This document shows, in pieces, positions 31,957 through 41,637 of a DNA stretch of 64,000 nucleotides. The stretch is from NCBI GenBank assembly GCA_965203055.1, contig OZ241863.1, positions 2,112,001 to 2,176,000 on the forward strand, in the 5' to 3' direction. Below the pieces are notes generated by a model, which saw only the letters and a list, made by a program, of their open reading frames with translations, did not search any database and was not told the origin of the DNA. The stretch is from Spirochaetia bacterium. Its GTDB lineage: Bacteria; Spirochaetota; Spirochaetia; SZUA-6; Bin103. The position numbers were made by a program, and so were the translations under genes. How positions within the stretch are numbered: position 1 is the first letter of the stretch; each line of letters starts with the position of its first letter.

Positions 31957-34926
31957 ATGCCCGAGCAGCAGGGGCCGCGCCCGGACGGCGGGCTCGCGTT
32001 GGCGGCGCGCGCGCCGGGATTCGAACGGCTGCGCGGACAGCGGATCGATCAGGCCGCGGCCGGCCTGGAGCGGCTGCGGGACGCCGCGGCGCGCGCCGGC
32101 GACGCGCTGCTCGGGGAGGCGCTGGCAACGCCCGCCGGCAAGACGTTCTTTTCCTTCCTGTTCGGCAACAGCCCCTATCTGAGCCGCCTGCTGTTGCGCG
32201 ATCCGGAGTTTACCCGGGCGGTCGTGACCGAGCCGCCGGCGGTGGTGATGGAGCGGCTGCGCGCGGAGCTGGCCGGCGCCGACCCGGCGCAAGGGCGCGA
32301 CCGCCTGATGAAGTTCCTGCGCCGCCAGCGCAGCCGCGTGGCGGTCGCCGCCGCGGTGTACGACTGCTTCGGCCTGTGCGGGGTGATGGAGTGCGCCGAG
32401 CTGCTGTCCGACATGGCGGATCACGCGGTGCGCCTGACGGTGAGCCACCTGCTGCTCGGCCGCGCGCGGCGCGGCGACCTGGAGCGCCCCGCCGGCGACC
32501 GCTGGGGATACTTCGTGCTGGCGATGGGCAAGCATGGCTCGCGCGAGCTGAACTACTCCTCCGACATCGACCTGATCGTGCTCTACGACCCGCAGGCGGT
32601 GCGCTACACCGGCTCGAAGACCCTGCGCGACTGCTTCGTGCGCGTCACGCGCGATCTGGTCGCCATCCTCCAATCCCGCACCGGCGACGGCTACGTGTTC
32701 CGCACCGACCTGCGCCTGCGCCCGGATGCCTCCTCCACCCCCACCGCCATTACCGTGGACTTCGCCCGCGACTACTACGACCGCTTCGGGCGCACCTGGG
32801 AACGCACCGCGATGATCAAGGCGCGCCCGGTCGGCGGCGACGTGGCCGCCGGCGCCGCGTTCCTGAAGGAGCTGGCGCCGTTCATCTGGGACGAGGGACT
32901 GGACTTCACGTCAGTGGAGGAGATCCGCTCGATGAGCCAGCAGATCCACGACTTTCACGGCCATGGCGCGGTGCGCGCCGCCGGCCACGACGTGAAGCTG
33001 GGCCGTGGCGGCATCCGCGAGATCGAGTTCTTCGTCCACATGCACCAGTTGGCGTACGGCGGGCGCAACCGGCGCCTGCGCGGCGCGCGGCTGCTCGCCA
33101 TGCTGCAGACCCTTGAAGACGAGCACCACGTCATGCCGCGCGAGGCCGCCACCTTGCGCAACGCCTACCTGCTGCTGCGCCGCGTGGAACACCGCCTGCA
33201 GATGGTCAACGACGACCAGACCCAGAAGCTGCCGGAGTCGGCGGAGGGACTCGAACAGACGGCGGTCTTCATGGGCCTGGACTCCGCGCCGGAACTGAGC
33301 AGCCTGATCGAGACCACGGCGCGGGAAGTGCACGACCTGTACCGCACCCGCTTCAACGTGCCGGAGAGCGAGCAGGACATCAGCGCGGCGCTCCTGGGAG
33401 GCCCGGAGGTGAGTCCGGACGCGGTGGCGCAGGTGGCGGCGGCGGGGTTCACCGGCCCCGAGGCGGCAATCGAGGTGTTTCGGGGCTGGGCGGACGGGCG
33501 CCACGCGGCCACCGCCTCGGAACGCGCCCGCACCATCATCCACGAGATCCTGCACGAAATCATCGCCGCGCTGGGCAAGACGCCGGATCCGGACCGCGCC
33601 CTGGCGCGCATGGACAAGTTCCTGGAGACCCTGCCGCAGGACATCTCCTTCTTCGCCATGCTCCGCGCGCATACCTGGCTGCTCCGCCTGATCGCCGACG
33701 TGATGGGCAGCGCGCCGCGCATCGCCGACACCCTGGGCGGCAACCACCGGCTGCTGCAGGCGGTGCTGGACCCCTCGTTCTTCCTGCCGATTCCGGACCG
33801 GGCGGCCTTGGCCGAGGAGCTGGGGCAGTTCCTGGAGGGCGGAGGCGGCCGCGGCGCCGGGAACGGCGCCGAGTGGCGCGTCGGCCGGGTAGCGTGGTGG
33901 GCCGGCGACCGCCGCTTCCAGGTGGGCGTCCAGACCCTGGAGAACCTGATCAGCGTGGACGAAGCGTCCGCCTCCCTGTCGCACGTCGCCGCGGTGGTGG
34001 TCGAGACCTTGCTGCGCGACGTGAACGCGGAGTTGGCGGCGCAGCACGGCGCTGCGCCGGGCGCCGGCTGCGCAGTGGTGGCGCTGGGCAAGCTGGGCGC
34101 GAACGAGATGACCTTCGAGTCCGACCTGGACCTGCTGTTCATCGCCGAGGTGCGCGACGACCGCGAGTTGACTGCCGGCCCGCGGCCGCTCGAGGCGCGG
34201 CGCTTCTACGCCCGCGCGGCGCAGCGGCTGATTGCCGCGCTGCGCAGCCGCTCGCCCGCGGGCCGGCTGTACGAAGTGGACCTGCGCCTGCGGCCCGCCG
34301 GCGAGAGCGGACCGCTGGTGACTACGCTCACCGCGTTCCGCGACTACCACGACAAGGCCGCGTGGACCTGGGAGCAGATGGCGCTGACCCGCGCCCGGGT
34401 GCTGTGCGGCGCCGCGCAGGTGGCGGACGCGGTCGCCGCCCGCATCCGCGAGGTGCTGACCCGGCGCCGCGACCCGGAACAACTCCGCCTGCAGGTGGCG
34501 CGGATGCGGGAACGGGTCGCCGCCGAGTATCCGTCCGCCGACCCGTTCGAGTTGAAGTACGTGCGCGGCGGGCTGGTGGACCTGGAGTTCATCGCCCAGT
34601 ACCTGCAACTGCGCCACGCCGCGGACGCGCCGCAGGTACTCGCCGGCGGCACTGCGGCCACGTTCGAGGCGCTGGCCGGCGCGGGTCTCCTCGCCGAGGA
34701 GGAGGCGCGCTTCCTGGCCGGCGCCAGCCGCATGCAGCGCACCCTGCAGGCGCTCCTGCGGCTCACCTGGAACCGCGACACCCCGCTCGGCGACGCCCCG
34801 GAAGCGCTGCACCGCAAGCTCGCCGCGGCGGTCGAGTGTTCCGGCTTCGGCGACCTGGAAGCGAAGCTGCGCGCCACGCAGGCCGCGGCCGAGCAGACGT
34901 TTCAGCGCTTCGTCGGGCGCGGCTGA
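31957..34926 (+). CDS. glnE: Bifunctional glutamine synthetase adenylyltransferase/deadenylase
   Basis: Two nucleotidyltransferase domains (MGKHGSRELNYSSDIDL; LGKLGANEMTFESDLDL), DLRLRP twice; adjacent to glnA. Confidence 0.95.
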   Translation: MPEQQGPRPDGGLALAARAPGFERLRGQRIDQAAAGLERLRDAAARAGDALLGEALATPAGKTFFSFLFGNSPYLSRLLLRDPEFTRAVVTEPPAVVMERLRAELAGADPAQGRDRLMKFLRRQRSRVAVAAAVYDCFGLCGVMECAELLSDMADHAVRLTVSHLLLGRARRGDLERPAGDRWGYFVLAMGKHGSRELNYSSDIDLIVLYDPQAVRYTGSKTLRDCFVRVTRDLVAILQSRTGDGYVFRTDLRLRPDASSTPTAITVDFARDYYDRFGRTWERTAMIKARPVGGDVAAGAAFLKELAPFIWDEGLDFTSVEEIRSMSQQIHDFHGHGAVRAAGHDVKLGRGGIREIEFFVHMHQLAYGGRNRRLRGARLLAMLQTLEDEHHVMPREAATLRNAYLLLRRVEHRLQMVNDDQTQKLPESAEGLEQTAVFMGLDSAPELSSLIETTAREVHDLYRTRFNVPESEQDISAALLGGPEVSPDAVAQVAAAGFTGPEAAIEVFRGWADGRHAATASERARTIIHEILHEIIAALGKTPDPDRALARMDKFLETLPQDISFFAMLRAHTWLLRLIADVMGSAPRIADTLGGNHRLLQAVLDPSFFLPIPDRAALAEELGQFLEGGGGRGAGNGAEWRVGRVAWWAGDRRFQVGVQTLENLISVDEASASLSHVAAVVVETLLRDVNAELAAQHGAAPGAGCAVVALGKLGANEMTFESDLDLLFIAEVRDDRELTAGPRPLEARRFYARAAQRLIAALRSRSPAGRLYEVDLRLRPAGESGPLVTTLTAFRDYHDKAAWTWEQMALTRARVLCGAAQVADAVAARIREVLTRRRDPEQLRLQVARMRERVAAEYPSADPFELKYVRGGLVDLEFIAQYLQLRHAADAPQVLAGGTAATFEALAGAGLLAEEEARFLAGASRMQRTLQALLRLTWNRDTPLGDAPEALHRKLAAAVECSGFGDLEAKLRATQAAAEQTFQRFVGRG

Positions 34927-35954
34927 GTGGCCTGAGCGCCGCCGGGCGCCCGCGCCCGCGACGGCGCCGCCCGCCGCGGTTCGCCGCGCCGGCGGCGGAA
35001 ATGGGGCGGCCAGGGCGCATCGCCGCCCAGCCCCTCCGCGGCGTGGCGCGCCGCCAGCTCCAGCAGGCCGTCGAGACTGCCGGGCGCGGCATCGATCCCG
35101 GCGGCCAGGTCGCCGCGCGCGGCAAGGCGCTCCGGCATGGTGCGCAGCGTGAAGTCGCCCGGCTCGCAGGCCGGCACCTCGTCCCAGGCCAGCGGCGCGG
35201 ACACCCGGGCGTCGGCGCGCGGCCGCACCGAGTAGGCGGCGGCGATGGTGCGGTCCTTGGCGTTCTGGTTGTAGTCCAGGAACACCCCTTCGCGCTCCTC
35301 CTTACACCACTTGCTGGTGGCCCTGCCGGGCGCGCGCCGCTCCACCTCGCGGGACACCGCCAGCGCCGCCCGCCGCAGCTCGGTAAACCCCCACTGCCGG
35401 CGAATGCGCACGTAGACGTGCAGGCCGCGCGAACCGGTGGTCTTGGGCCACCCGACCAGACCGTGCTCGGCGAGCACCTCGCGCACGATCCCGGCCACCT
35501 CGCGCACCGTCTGCCAGGTCACTCCCGGCCCGGGATCCAGGTCCACGCGCAGTTCGTCGGGGCGCTCCAGGTCGTCCGCCCGCACCGGATGAGCGTGCAG
35601 GTCGATGTTGCCCAGATTGGTCATCCACACCAGTTGCGCGCGCTCGGTGACCACCAGCTCGTGGGCGGTGCGCCCGGAGGGGAAGGTCAACTCCACCGTC
35701 CGCACCCAGTCGGGGCGCTTCGCCGGCGCGCGCTTCTGATAGAACCCTTCGCCGGCGATGCCGTCCACGTAGCGCTTCAACACCAGAGGACGCCCATGGA
35801 TGGCGCGCAGGGCGCCCTCGGCCACCGCCAAGTAGTAGCGCACCAGCTCCAGCTTGGTGATGCCGGCGGCGGGAAAGTACACCTTGTCGGGACTGGTGAC
35901 CCGCACCTCGCGCCCGTCCACGGTCAGGATTTCGGCCCCCGCCTTGGCGCTCAC
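34902..35954 (-). CDS. Stand-alone LigD polymerase domain / Prim-PolC (AEP primase-polymerase)
   Basis: VTSPDKVYFP, FYQKR, PDELRVDLDP, KTTGSRGLH, FLDYNQNAKDRT. Confidence 0.9.
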   Translation of the reverse strand: MSAKAGAEILTVDGREVRVTSPDKVYFPAAGITKLELVRYYLAVAEGALRAIHGRPLVLKRYVDGIAGEGFYQKRAPAKRPDWVRTVELTFPSGRTAHELVVTERAQLVWMTNLGNIDLHAHPVRADDLERPDELRVDLDPGPGVTWQTVREVAGIVREVLAEHGLVGWPKTTGSRGLHVYVRIRRQWGFTELRRAALAVSREVERRAPGRATSKWCKEEREGVFLDYNQNAKDRTIAAAYSVRPRADARVSAPLAWDEVPACEPGDFTLRTMPERLAARGDLAAGIDAAPGSLDGLLELAARHAAEGLGGDAPWPPHFRRRRGEPRRAAPSRARAPGGAQATQPRPTKR

Positions 35955-36011
35955 CTGTTCGGCTCAGATCACGACCGCGTGATCAGCTCTGCGTACCGGT
36001 GTCATCGCCGG

Positions 36012-36815
36012 CTAGCCCATGGCGATGCCGCCGTCCACGTGAATCGCCTGTCCGGTGATGTTGCGCGCCTCTTCGGAAGCCAGGAACGCCACCAGGTTGC
36101 CGACGTCCTCGGGGGTTTGCGGCCGTCCCAGTACGGCGCTCCCGGCCACCTCGTCGAACACCGCGCGCGGTTCCTGCCCGGCGCGGGCGGGATCCTGCGC
36201 CGCCAGCATCGGCGCCAGCCGCTCCCAGAACGGGGTCCACACCAGTCCCGGGCACACCGCATTGACGTTCACGTTGTAAGGCCCCAGTTCCTTGGCCACG
36301 ATGCGGGTGAGGTTGAGCAGCGCGTTCTTGGCCGCGGCGTAGGGCGGCACGAACACCGGGTCGCGCTTCGCCGAGATGGAGGAGATGTTCACGATCTTGC
36401 CACCGCGGCGCTCCATCATGTGCGCCGCCACCGCCTTGCACATGAAGAACGGGCCCTTGACGTTGACGGCGAAGTTTTCGTCCCAGTCGGCGCCGGTCAG
36501 GCGCGTGAACGGCAGGGCGAGGCGTTCGCCGAAGTGGCCGGCGTTGTTGACCACGACGTCCACCTGCCCGAAGCGCTCCAGGGTCTGCCGCACCACCTCC
36601 CCGCAGTCGGCCTCGCTGGTCACGTCGCCGGCGACCGCCAGACCGCGCCGGCCCGCCTGCTCCGCCGCCGCGGCCGTCTGCCGGGCGCGCTCCAGGTCCA
36701 GGTCGGACACCACCACGTCGGCTCCCTCCCGGGTCAGGCAGGCGCAGATGCCGCGGCCCATGCCGCCGCCGCCGCCGGTGACGATGGCCACCTTGTCACG
36801 CAATCGCATGCGCAA
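36012..36815 (-). CDS. SDR family oxidoreductase
   Basis: TGGGGGMG, NNAG, YAAAK, ITGQAIHVDGG. Confidence 0.92.
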   Translation of the reverse strand: MRMRLRDKVAIVTGGGGGMGRGICACLTREGADVVVSDLDLERARQTAAAAEQAGRRGLAVAGDVTSEADCGEVVRQTLERFGQVDVVVNNAGHFGERLALPFTRLTGADWDENFAVNVKGPFFMCKAVAAHMMERRGGKIVNISSISAKRDPVFVPPYAAAKNALLNLTRIVAKELGPYNVNVNAVCPGLVWTPFWERLAPMLAAQDPARAGQEPRAVFDEVAGSAVLGRPQTPEDVGNLVAFLASEEARNITGQAIHVDGGIAMG

Positions 36816-36859
36816 CCGGCTCCGATTGGCCGGCGAACAGGTCCGGTTGCAGGCCGTCT

Positions 36860-37024
36860 TCAGTCACTGGACCCGCGGTGGGCAATCGCCACCGCAGCCG
36901 TCGTGAAGCTGGACGCCGCCGCAACTGCCGCCGGCGTCAGCCCATCACCGAGGTACAGATCGACCACGAGCACCAGGCCGCCCAGGAGGATGGCCAGCGC
37001 ACCGACGGCGAGGTGCCAAGTCAC
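36860..37024 (-). CDS. Small two-TM membrane protein (holin-like, 54 aa)
   Basis: Hand-translated MTWHLAVGALAILLGGLVLVVDLYLGDGLTPAAVAAASSFTTAAVAIAHRGSSD; below the track cutoff. Confidence 0.45.
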   Translation of the reverse strand: MTWHLAVGALAILLGGLVLVVDLYLGDGLTPAAVAAASSFTTAAVAIAHRGSSD

Positions 37025-37135
37025 CGACCGACCTGCTCAGACACGGCGCCCGCCTGCCGCTGCCGCTCCCGCTCCTGCGCCTCGATGATGCGCGAGGTGC
37101 GCCATGTACGGAACTCCGGTGAACCGCGGCCCCAC

Positions 37136-37690
37136 CTACCTGCTCCCTAGCTCATGGCCCAGAAAGAAACTGGCGAGAGCAGTGCCGGCCGTCGCCAGAC
37201 CGTTGACGATCCGCTGTTCGGCAAGCTGCCGTTGCAAGCCGGCGATCTGCTCCCGCTGCACCCGATCCACGTCCCCGGACAGCGCAACCAGCGCCGCGCA
37301 CAGCGCATGCTCGCGCGGCCGATAGACCCTCACCGCGGCCGCCACCGCCTCGGTGACCGCCGCCTGGACGCTCGCGTCATGCGCCGCCGCGATACGCGCC
37401 ATTGCAGTGTCTACGCCAGCCTGCCACGCCCGCTGCAGGCTATCGCGGTCGGCCGCCGAGAGGCTTGTGTACGCCGCCAAGTCCACCGGCGGGAACGCCG
37501 GCAGCCCCGCGTCCGCGGCCGCGTCGGGCGCGGAACCGCCAGCCGGAACCGCCGGCGCGGCGCCGGCGCACAGCGCCGCGGCATCACTCTGCAGGGTGGT
37601 GTCGCCATTCGTGGTCTGCGATAGCGCGAGCCACGGCAGCCCGCACAGCAGGGTCAGCGCCAGCGAGCACCTGATCGTCTGTCTCCCCAT
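37136..37690 (-). CDS. Hypothetical exported protein (possible spanin-like partner)
   Basis: Signal peptide, Pro/Ala-rich linker, helical region and C-terminal hydrophobic segment; overlaps the upstream gene by 107 bp. Confidence 0.55.
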   Translation of the reverse strand: MGRQTIRCSLALTLLCGLPWLALSQTTNGDTTLQSDAAALCAGAAPAVPAGGSAPDAAADAGLPAFPPVDLAAYTSLSAADRDSLQRAWQAGVDTAMARIAAAHDASVQAAVTEAVAAAVRVYRPREHALCAALVALSGDVDRVQREQIAGLQRQLAEQRIVNGLATAGTALASFFLGHELGSR

Positions 37691-37907
37691 CGAGAACCTG
37701 TTCCTCCTGCTGCTCCGCGGCGCGTCCCGCGGCGACTGCCCGGTCGCGCGCCGCCTGGTCGCGCGCCTCGATCTGCGCTTCGGTACGGTCGCCGGCGGCG
37801 CCGTGGTCGAACGTCCGATGCAACACCAGACCCAACGCCATCACCCCGACCGCGGTGATCACCACTATACTCCACACCTTGGCCAGCGAGACACCTACTA
37901 CATGCAT
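37584..37907 (-). CDS. Hypothetical membrane-anchored coiled-coil protein (Rz/i-spanin-like architecture)
   Basis: N-terminal TM helix followed by an Ala/Glu/Gln/Arg-rich helix. Confidence 0.5.
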   Translation of the reverse strand: MHVVGVSLAKVWSIVVITAVGVMALGLVLHRTFDHGAAGDRTEAQIEARDQAARDRAVAAGRAAEQQEEQVLDGETDDQVLAGADPAVRAAVARAIADHEWRHHPAE

Positions 37908-38024
37908 GGCCTACGGTATCACACGTGCCGACCGCTTGACAGCGCCCGCCACCGAAGTATTCAGAAGACGTTAGAGTCCACAAAGACCGAACCGCCCCTC
38001 ACCGAATCGCCCGCGCGGGGCGGC

Positions 38025-38108
38025 GTGGTCGACCGCGGTGCAATCCATCGGCACCTCCTGGACCCAAGTTCCAGAGGCTATGATAAGTTGTTTCTATGTA
38101 GTTGTTTA
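38025..38108 (+). repeat. 84-bp inverted repeat, left copy (partner 50021-50104)
   Basis: 77/84 identity to the reverse complement of 50021-50104 by hand alignment. Confidence 0.9.
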
Positions 38109-38136
38109 CGTATTGTGACTGCATTATGTACGGGGG

Positions 38137-38165
38137 TTGACAACCGAACGGAATCACCTTATACC
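38137..38165 (+). promoter_or_regulatory. Putative sigma70 promoter of lipoprotein A
   Basis: TTGACA-17 nt-TATACC; same arrangement at 47075-47103. Confidence 0.55.
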
Positions 38166-38230
38166 TATCCCTATACCGTCCAGGCGGAATCGTCTCAGGC
38201 TGTCTCCGTTCGCCGGGACAGAGGGGGGAG

Positions 38231-39754
38231 ATGATGAAACATCTGGTGTATCTGGCTCTAGCGGCAGGCGCTCTTGCGATGATGGGATGTGGCGGAGTTG
38301 CACCCCCGAAGCCTGCAGCTCCGCCGGCGGCAGATCCGCCGGCGCCTACAGCGGCCAAGTACTCCTGCGGCGATGGCTACATCTTCGACGGTGATCAAGT
38401 GCTCGGGCCGGAAGGCGCGGTTGTCAATGATGTCTTCTACTGGGGTTCGAACACCTCGGGAGCGGCGCGATGCTTCTCTGACACTCGAAACAACAGTATG
38501 GTTGGCGTTGGCAGCAGGGTAGAATCGAACGCAGGCGATGCCACAGGCGCAACAGTCATGTCAGTTACCCTTCCTGACGAACGCAGGTGGTATTTCATAC
38601 TTGAATTCTCCGATGGCACCTACTGTTCTGCGGCCTCTGCAGGGGATGGGAGAGCGGCCTGCTTTGCAACGGTGGAACGAGATGCTACCGGATTTCGCTT
38701 GGACGATCTCCCTGCTGTTACACTCCCTGTTCCTGCAGGCGCACCGGAGCCTCCTCTTGTTGAAGATCCCCCCGAGCCTCCTGTTGGCAATACTTATTTC
38801 CGGTGGGGAAGGATCGAAGAAGTTACTACCGACCAACGTAGGTGGTATCTCATACTTGGGTACGGTCCTGGTGAGATCGTCGACGGGCGCGACGACGACC
38901 CCGGGCGGGGTGACCCCGCCTGTATTGCGGCTACTGCAGGGGATGGGATAGTGACCTGCACTGCAACAACGTTTCAAGGTAATGGTGACGATAAATATAC
39001 CACAGACGATCTCCCTGCCTCTACCTCGCCTCAATCTTCCGAAGGCACCGATGCCATATATGCGTACATTAGAGTTTTTAGTCGCCAGGGGGGTCTCTGG
39101 TATCTCGTGCTTGAATCCCCTGATGGCACCTTCTGTTCTGCGGCCACTGCAGGGGATGGGATAGTGACCTGCACGAGCCATCCGTATCCTCCGCTGAGTG
39201 GTGATTGGGTCCCCCCCGGTGGTCCTGGTCCTGGTGGTGGCGACGGGGGCGGGGGGCAAACTGGTGCCCCGGAGCCGGAAGATCCTCAGCCTGTTGGCAA
39301 TACTTATTTCCGGTGGGGAAGGATCGAAGAAGTTACTACCGACCAACGTAGGTGGTATCTCATACTTGGGTACGGTCCTGGTGAGATCGTCGACGGGCGC
39401 GACGACGACCCCGGGCGGGGTGACCCCGCCTGTATTGCGGCTACTGCAGGGGATGGGATAGTGACCTGCACTGCAACAACGTTTCAAGGTAATGGTGACG
39501 ATAAATATACCACAGACGATCTCCCTGCCTCTACCTCGCCTCAATCTTCCGAAGGCACCGATGCCATATATGCGTACATTAGAGTTTTTAGTCGCCAGGG
39601 GGGTCTCTGGTATCTCGTGCTTGAATCCCCTGATGGCACCTTCTGTTCTGCGGCCACTGCAGGGGATGGGATAGTGACCTGCACGAGCCATCCGTATCCT
39701 CCGCTGAGTGGTGATTGGGTCCCCCCCGGTGGTCCTGGTCCTGGTGGTGGCTGA
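38231..39754 (+). CDS. Repeat-containing lipoprotein A (unrecognised WYxIL...C-x11-C repeat, 5 copies)
   Basis: Signal MMKHLVYLALAAGALAMMG-C; Pro-rich linkers; lower GC; five CxAAxAGDGxxxC motifs. Confidence 0.85.
   Translation: MMKHLVYLALAAGALAMMGCGGVAPPKPAAPPAADPPAPTAAKYSCGDGYIFDGDQVLGPEGAVVNDVFYWGSNTSGAARCFSDTRNNSMVGVGSRVESNAGDATGATVMSVTLPDERRWYFILEFSDGTYCSAASAGDGRAACFATVERDATGFRLDDLPAVTLPVPAGAPEPPLVEDPPEPPVGNTYFRWGRIEEVTTDQRRWYLILGYGPGEIVDGRDDDPGRGDPACIAATAGDGIVTCTATTFQGNGDDKYTTDDLPASTSPQSSEGTDAIYAYIRVFSRQGGLWYLVLESPDGTFCSAATAGDGIVTCTSHPYPPLSGDWVPPGGPGPGGGDGGGGQTGAPEPEDPQPVGNTYFRWGRIEEVTTDQRRWYLILGYGPGEIVDGRDDDPGRGDPACIAATAGDGIVTCTATTFQGNGDDKYTTDDLPASTSPQSSEGTDAIYAYIRVFSRQGGLWYLVLESPDGTFCSAATAGDGIVTCTSHPYPPLSGDWVPPGGPGPGGG
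38780..39751 (+). repeat. Identical 462-bp direct repeats (38780-39241 and 39290-39751), period 510 bp
   Basis: Direct sequence identity; in-frame duplication. Confidence 0.93.
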
Positions 39755-39990
39755 GGCTGAGGCGGCTGAGGTGGTCCCGGTTGGTTAGACAGTCCGAGGG
39801 GTAGGTTAAGGTGTATCCGTCGGTTGTCAACCTACCCCTCCCTCTGCAAATCAGGCGGCGGTAAATCGGGGGTGGGGTCCGGGGCGGGGGTAGCTGTCCC
39901 TGTGGATATGTGGACAACTCCCGCTCCGCGGTGCGCAGCCACTCGCTCCGTTCCCGGTGCTTGCAGTTTGCCCCCCCCCCCCCCATCTCG

Positions 39991-40823
39991 CTACGCCACC
40001 TGCCCGGCCGGCGCCGCCACGCCGCAGTACCCCTCCGCCGGCGTCCGCCCGTCCAGCGCCGAGTGGGGGCGTACCTCGTTGTAGAACTCCATCCACTCCG
40101 CGATCACGCGCTGCGCCGCGAAGCCGTCCGCCAACTCGTGCAGGTACACCGCCTCATACTTCAACGACCGCCACAGCCGCTCGATGAACACGTTGTCCAG
40201 GCAGCGCCCACGACCGTCCATCGAGCAGCGTATCCCGGCCGCCTCCAACTGCCCCGTGAACGCCCTGCTGGTGAACTGGCTGCCCTGATCGGTGTTGAAG
40301 ACCTCCGGCTTGCCGTAGCGCTCCTGCGCCTGTGCCAACGCCAGCAGGCAGAACTCGCTGTCCAGCGTATTCGCCAGTTCCCAGGCCAGCACCCGCCGAC
40401 TCGCCCAGTCCATCACCGCCACCAAGTACAGGTACCCGTCCTGCACCGGGATATAGGTGATGTCTGCGCACCACACCTGATTCGGTCGCGTAATGGTAAG
40501 CCCTCTCAACAGATACGGATACACTTGATGGTCCGGGTTCGGCACCGTGGTGCGCGGCTTGCGGTAGATCGCCTCCAACCCCAGCAGCCGCATCAGCCGT
40601 CGCACCCGGTGGCGCCCCGCCGTTACCCCTCCCGCGCCAGATGCCGGGCCAGCTGCCGACTGCCGTAGAACGGGTACTTCAGGTACAACTCGTCGATGCG
40701 GCGCATCAAGCTGAGCGTCGCCGCGCTGGCTCCGCGCGGTCGGTAGTACAGGGCCGAGCGGCATACGCCGAGCAGCCGGCACTGCCGACTCAAGCTGAGA
40801 CTCGAATGCTCGCGGTCAACCAT
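39991..40823 (-). pseudogene. IS3 orfB (DDE integrase core), frameshifted near 40625
   Basis: LSRQCRLL..YGSR in one frame; WCADITYI, NTDQGSQF, DNVFIERLWRSLKYE in another; break falls in a G run. Confidence 0.85.
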
Positions 40824-40843
40824 CAGCCGTCGTTGCTCCAGGC

Positions 40844-41128
40844 TCAGCGATCGAGCCCGCGCGCTAAAAAATCACGCTCCACGGTCAACTCGCCAATCTT
40901 GGCATGGAGGTCATGGATGAGCGCCTCCTGCTCGGCGGGGCCGCGCTTGGCGGTCGCGGCGAACAGTTCTTCGAGTCCGGTCTGGGCTTGCCGCTTCCAG
41001 ACGCTGACCTGATTTGGATGAACGTGGTGCTTGGCAGCGATCGCCTGGATCGTGCGGTCCCAGCGGAACGCCTCCAGCGCCACCCTGGCTTTGAACTGTG
41101 CTGTGAATCGGCGTCGTTTCGTCGCCAT
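40844..41128 (-). CDS. IS3 orfA (HTH transposase subunit)
   Basis: KRRRFTAQFKARVALEA...VHPNQVSVWK...KIGELTVERDFL; T6 run near the orfA/orfB junction. Confidence 0.9.
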   Translation of the reverse strand: MATKRRRFTAQFKARVALEAFRWDRTIQAIAAKHHVHPNQVSVWKRQAQTGLEELFAATAKRGPAEQEALIHDLHAKIGELTVERDFLARGLDR

Positions 41129-41195
41129 CCCATCGGCCCTCCTCATGGCCTGGAATACACCTTAACCTCCTGTCCAATTTTCCGGGACCACCTCA

Positions 41196-41370
41196 CCTCA
41201 ATCTTCCGAAGGCACCGATGCCATAGCTGCGGTAGTGGGACTTCGCTCTAGCCAGTGGTAATCTCATACTTGAATCCCCTGATGGCACCTTCTGTTCTGC
41301 GGCCACTGCAGGGGATGGGATAGTGACCTGCACGAGCCATCCGTTTCCTGCTCCGTTTCCTGGGCTATGA
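41196..41370 (+). pseudogene. Silent fragment of the lipoprotein repeat (variant C-terminal unit)
   Basis: PQSSEGTDAI-AAVVGLRSSQW/LILESPDGTFCSAATAGDGIVTCTSHPFPAPFPGL*; scaffold DNA nearly identical to lipoprotein A, different loop and tail, 1-nt frameshift. Confidence 0.85.
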
Positions 41371-41637
41371 AGTGAACCGGGGCTCTGCAGGCATGGCCGC
41401 GGCGCGCTTGTAGCCGATGCGACCGGCCAGCAGCCAATGATAGCCGTAGAACTGCGAGCTGGTGGTGCGGGCCGCCCCGTGGGCGCACGCGGCCAGCAGC
41501 CGCCTTCCACCAGAAAATCCTACGATTTCGCGTGCGAACGGGCGTTGACGCGGGCTGGCGCCGGGCCAGCGGCGGCCTTCGGAGCCCTTGCGCCCCCGGC
41601 CGTTGGTGGGTAGATTCTCTGTCAGGAGGGAGGTGAG

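Larger units (their letters stand above)
39767..41195 (-). mobile_element. IS3-family insertion sequence (~1.43 kb)
   Basis: Terminal inverted repeats TGAGGTGGTCCCGG...GACAG...AGGTTAAGGTGTAT with TG..CA ends; orfA/orfB on the minus strand; no target-site duplication visible. Confidence 0.92.

Noticed and set aside
39971..39984. Poly-C tract as a phase-variation switch
   Set aside because: It lies in the non-coding tail of the IS3, not in a CDS or promoter spacer.
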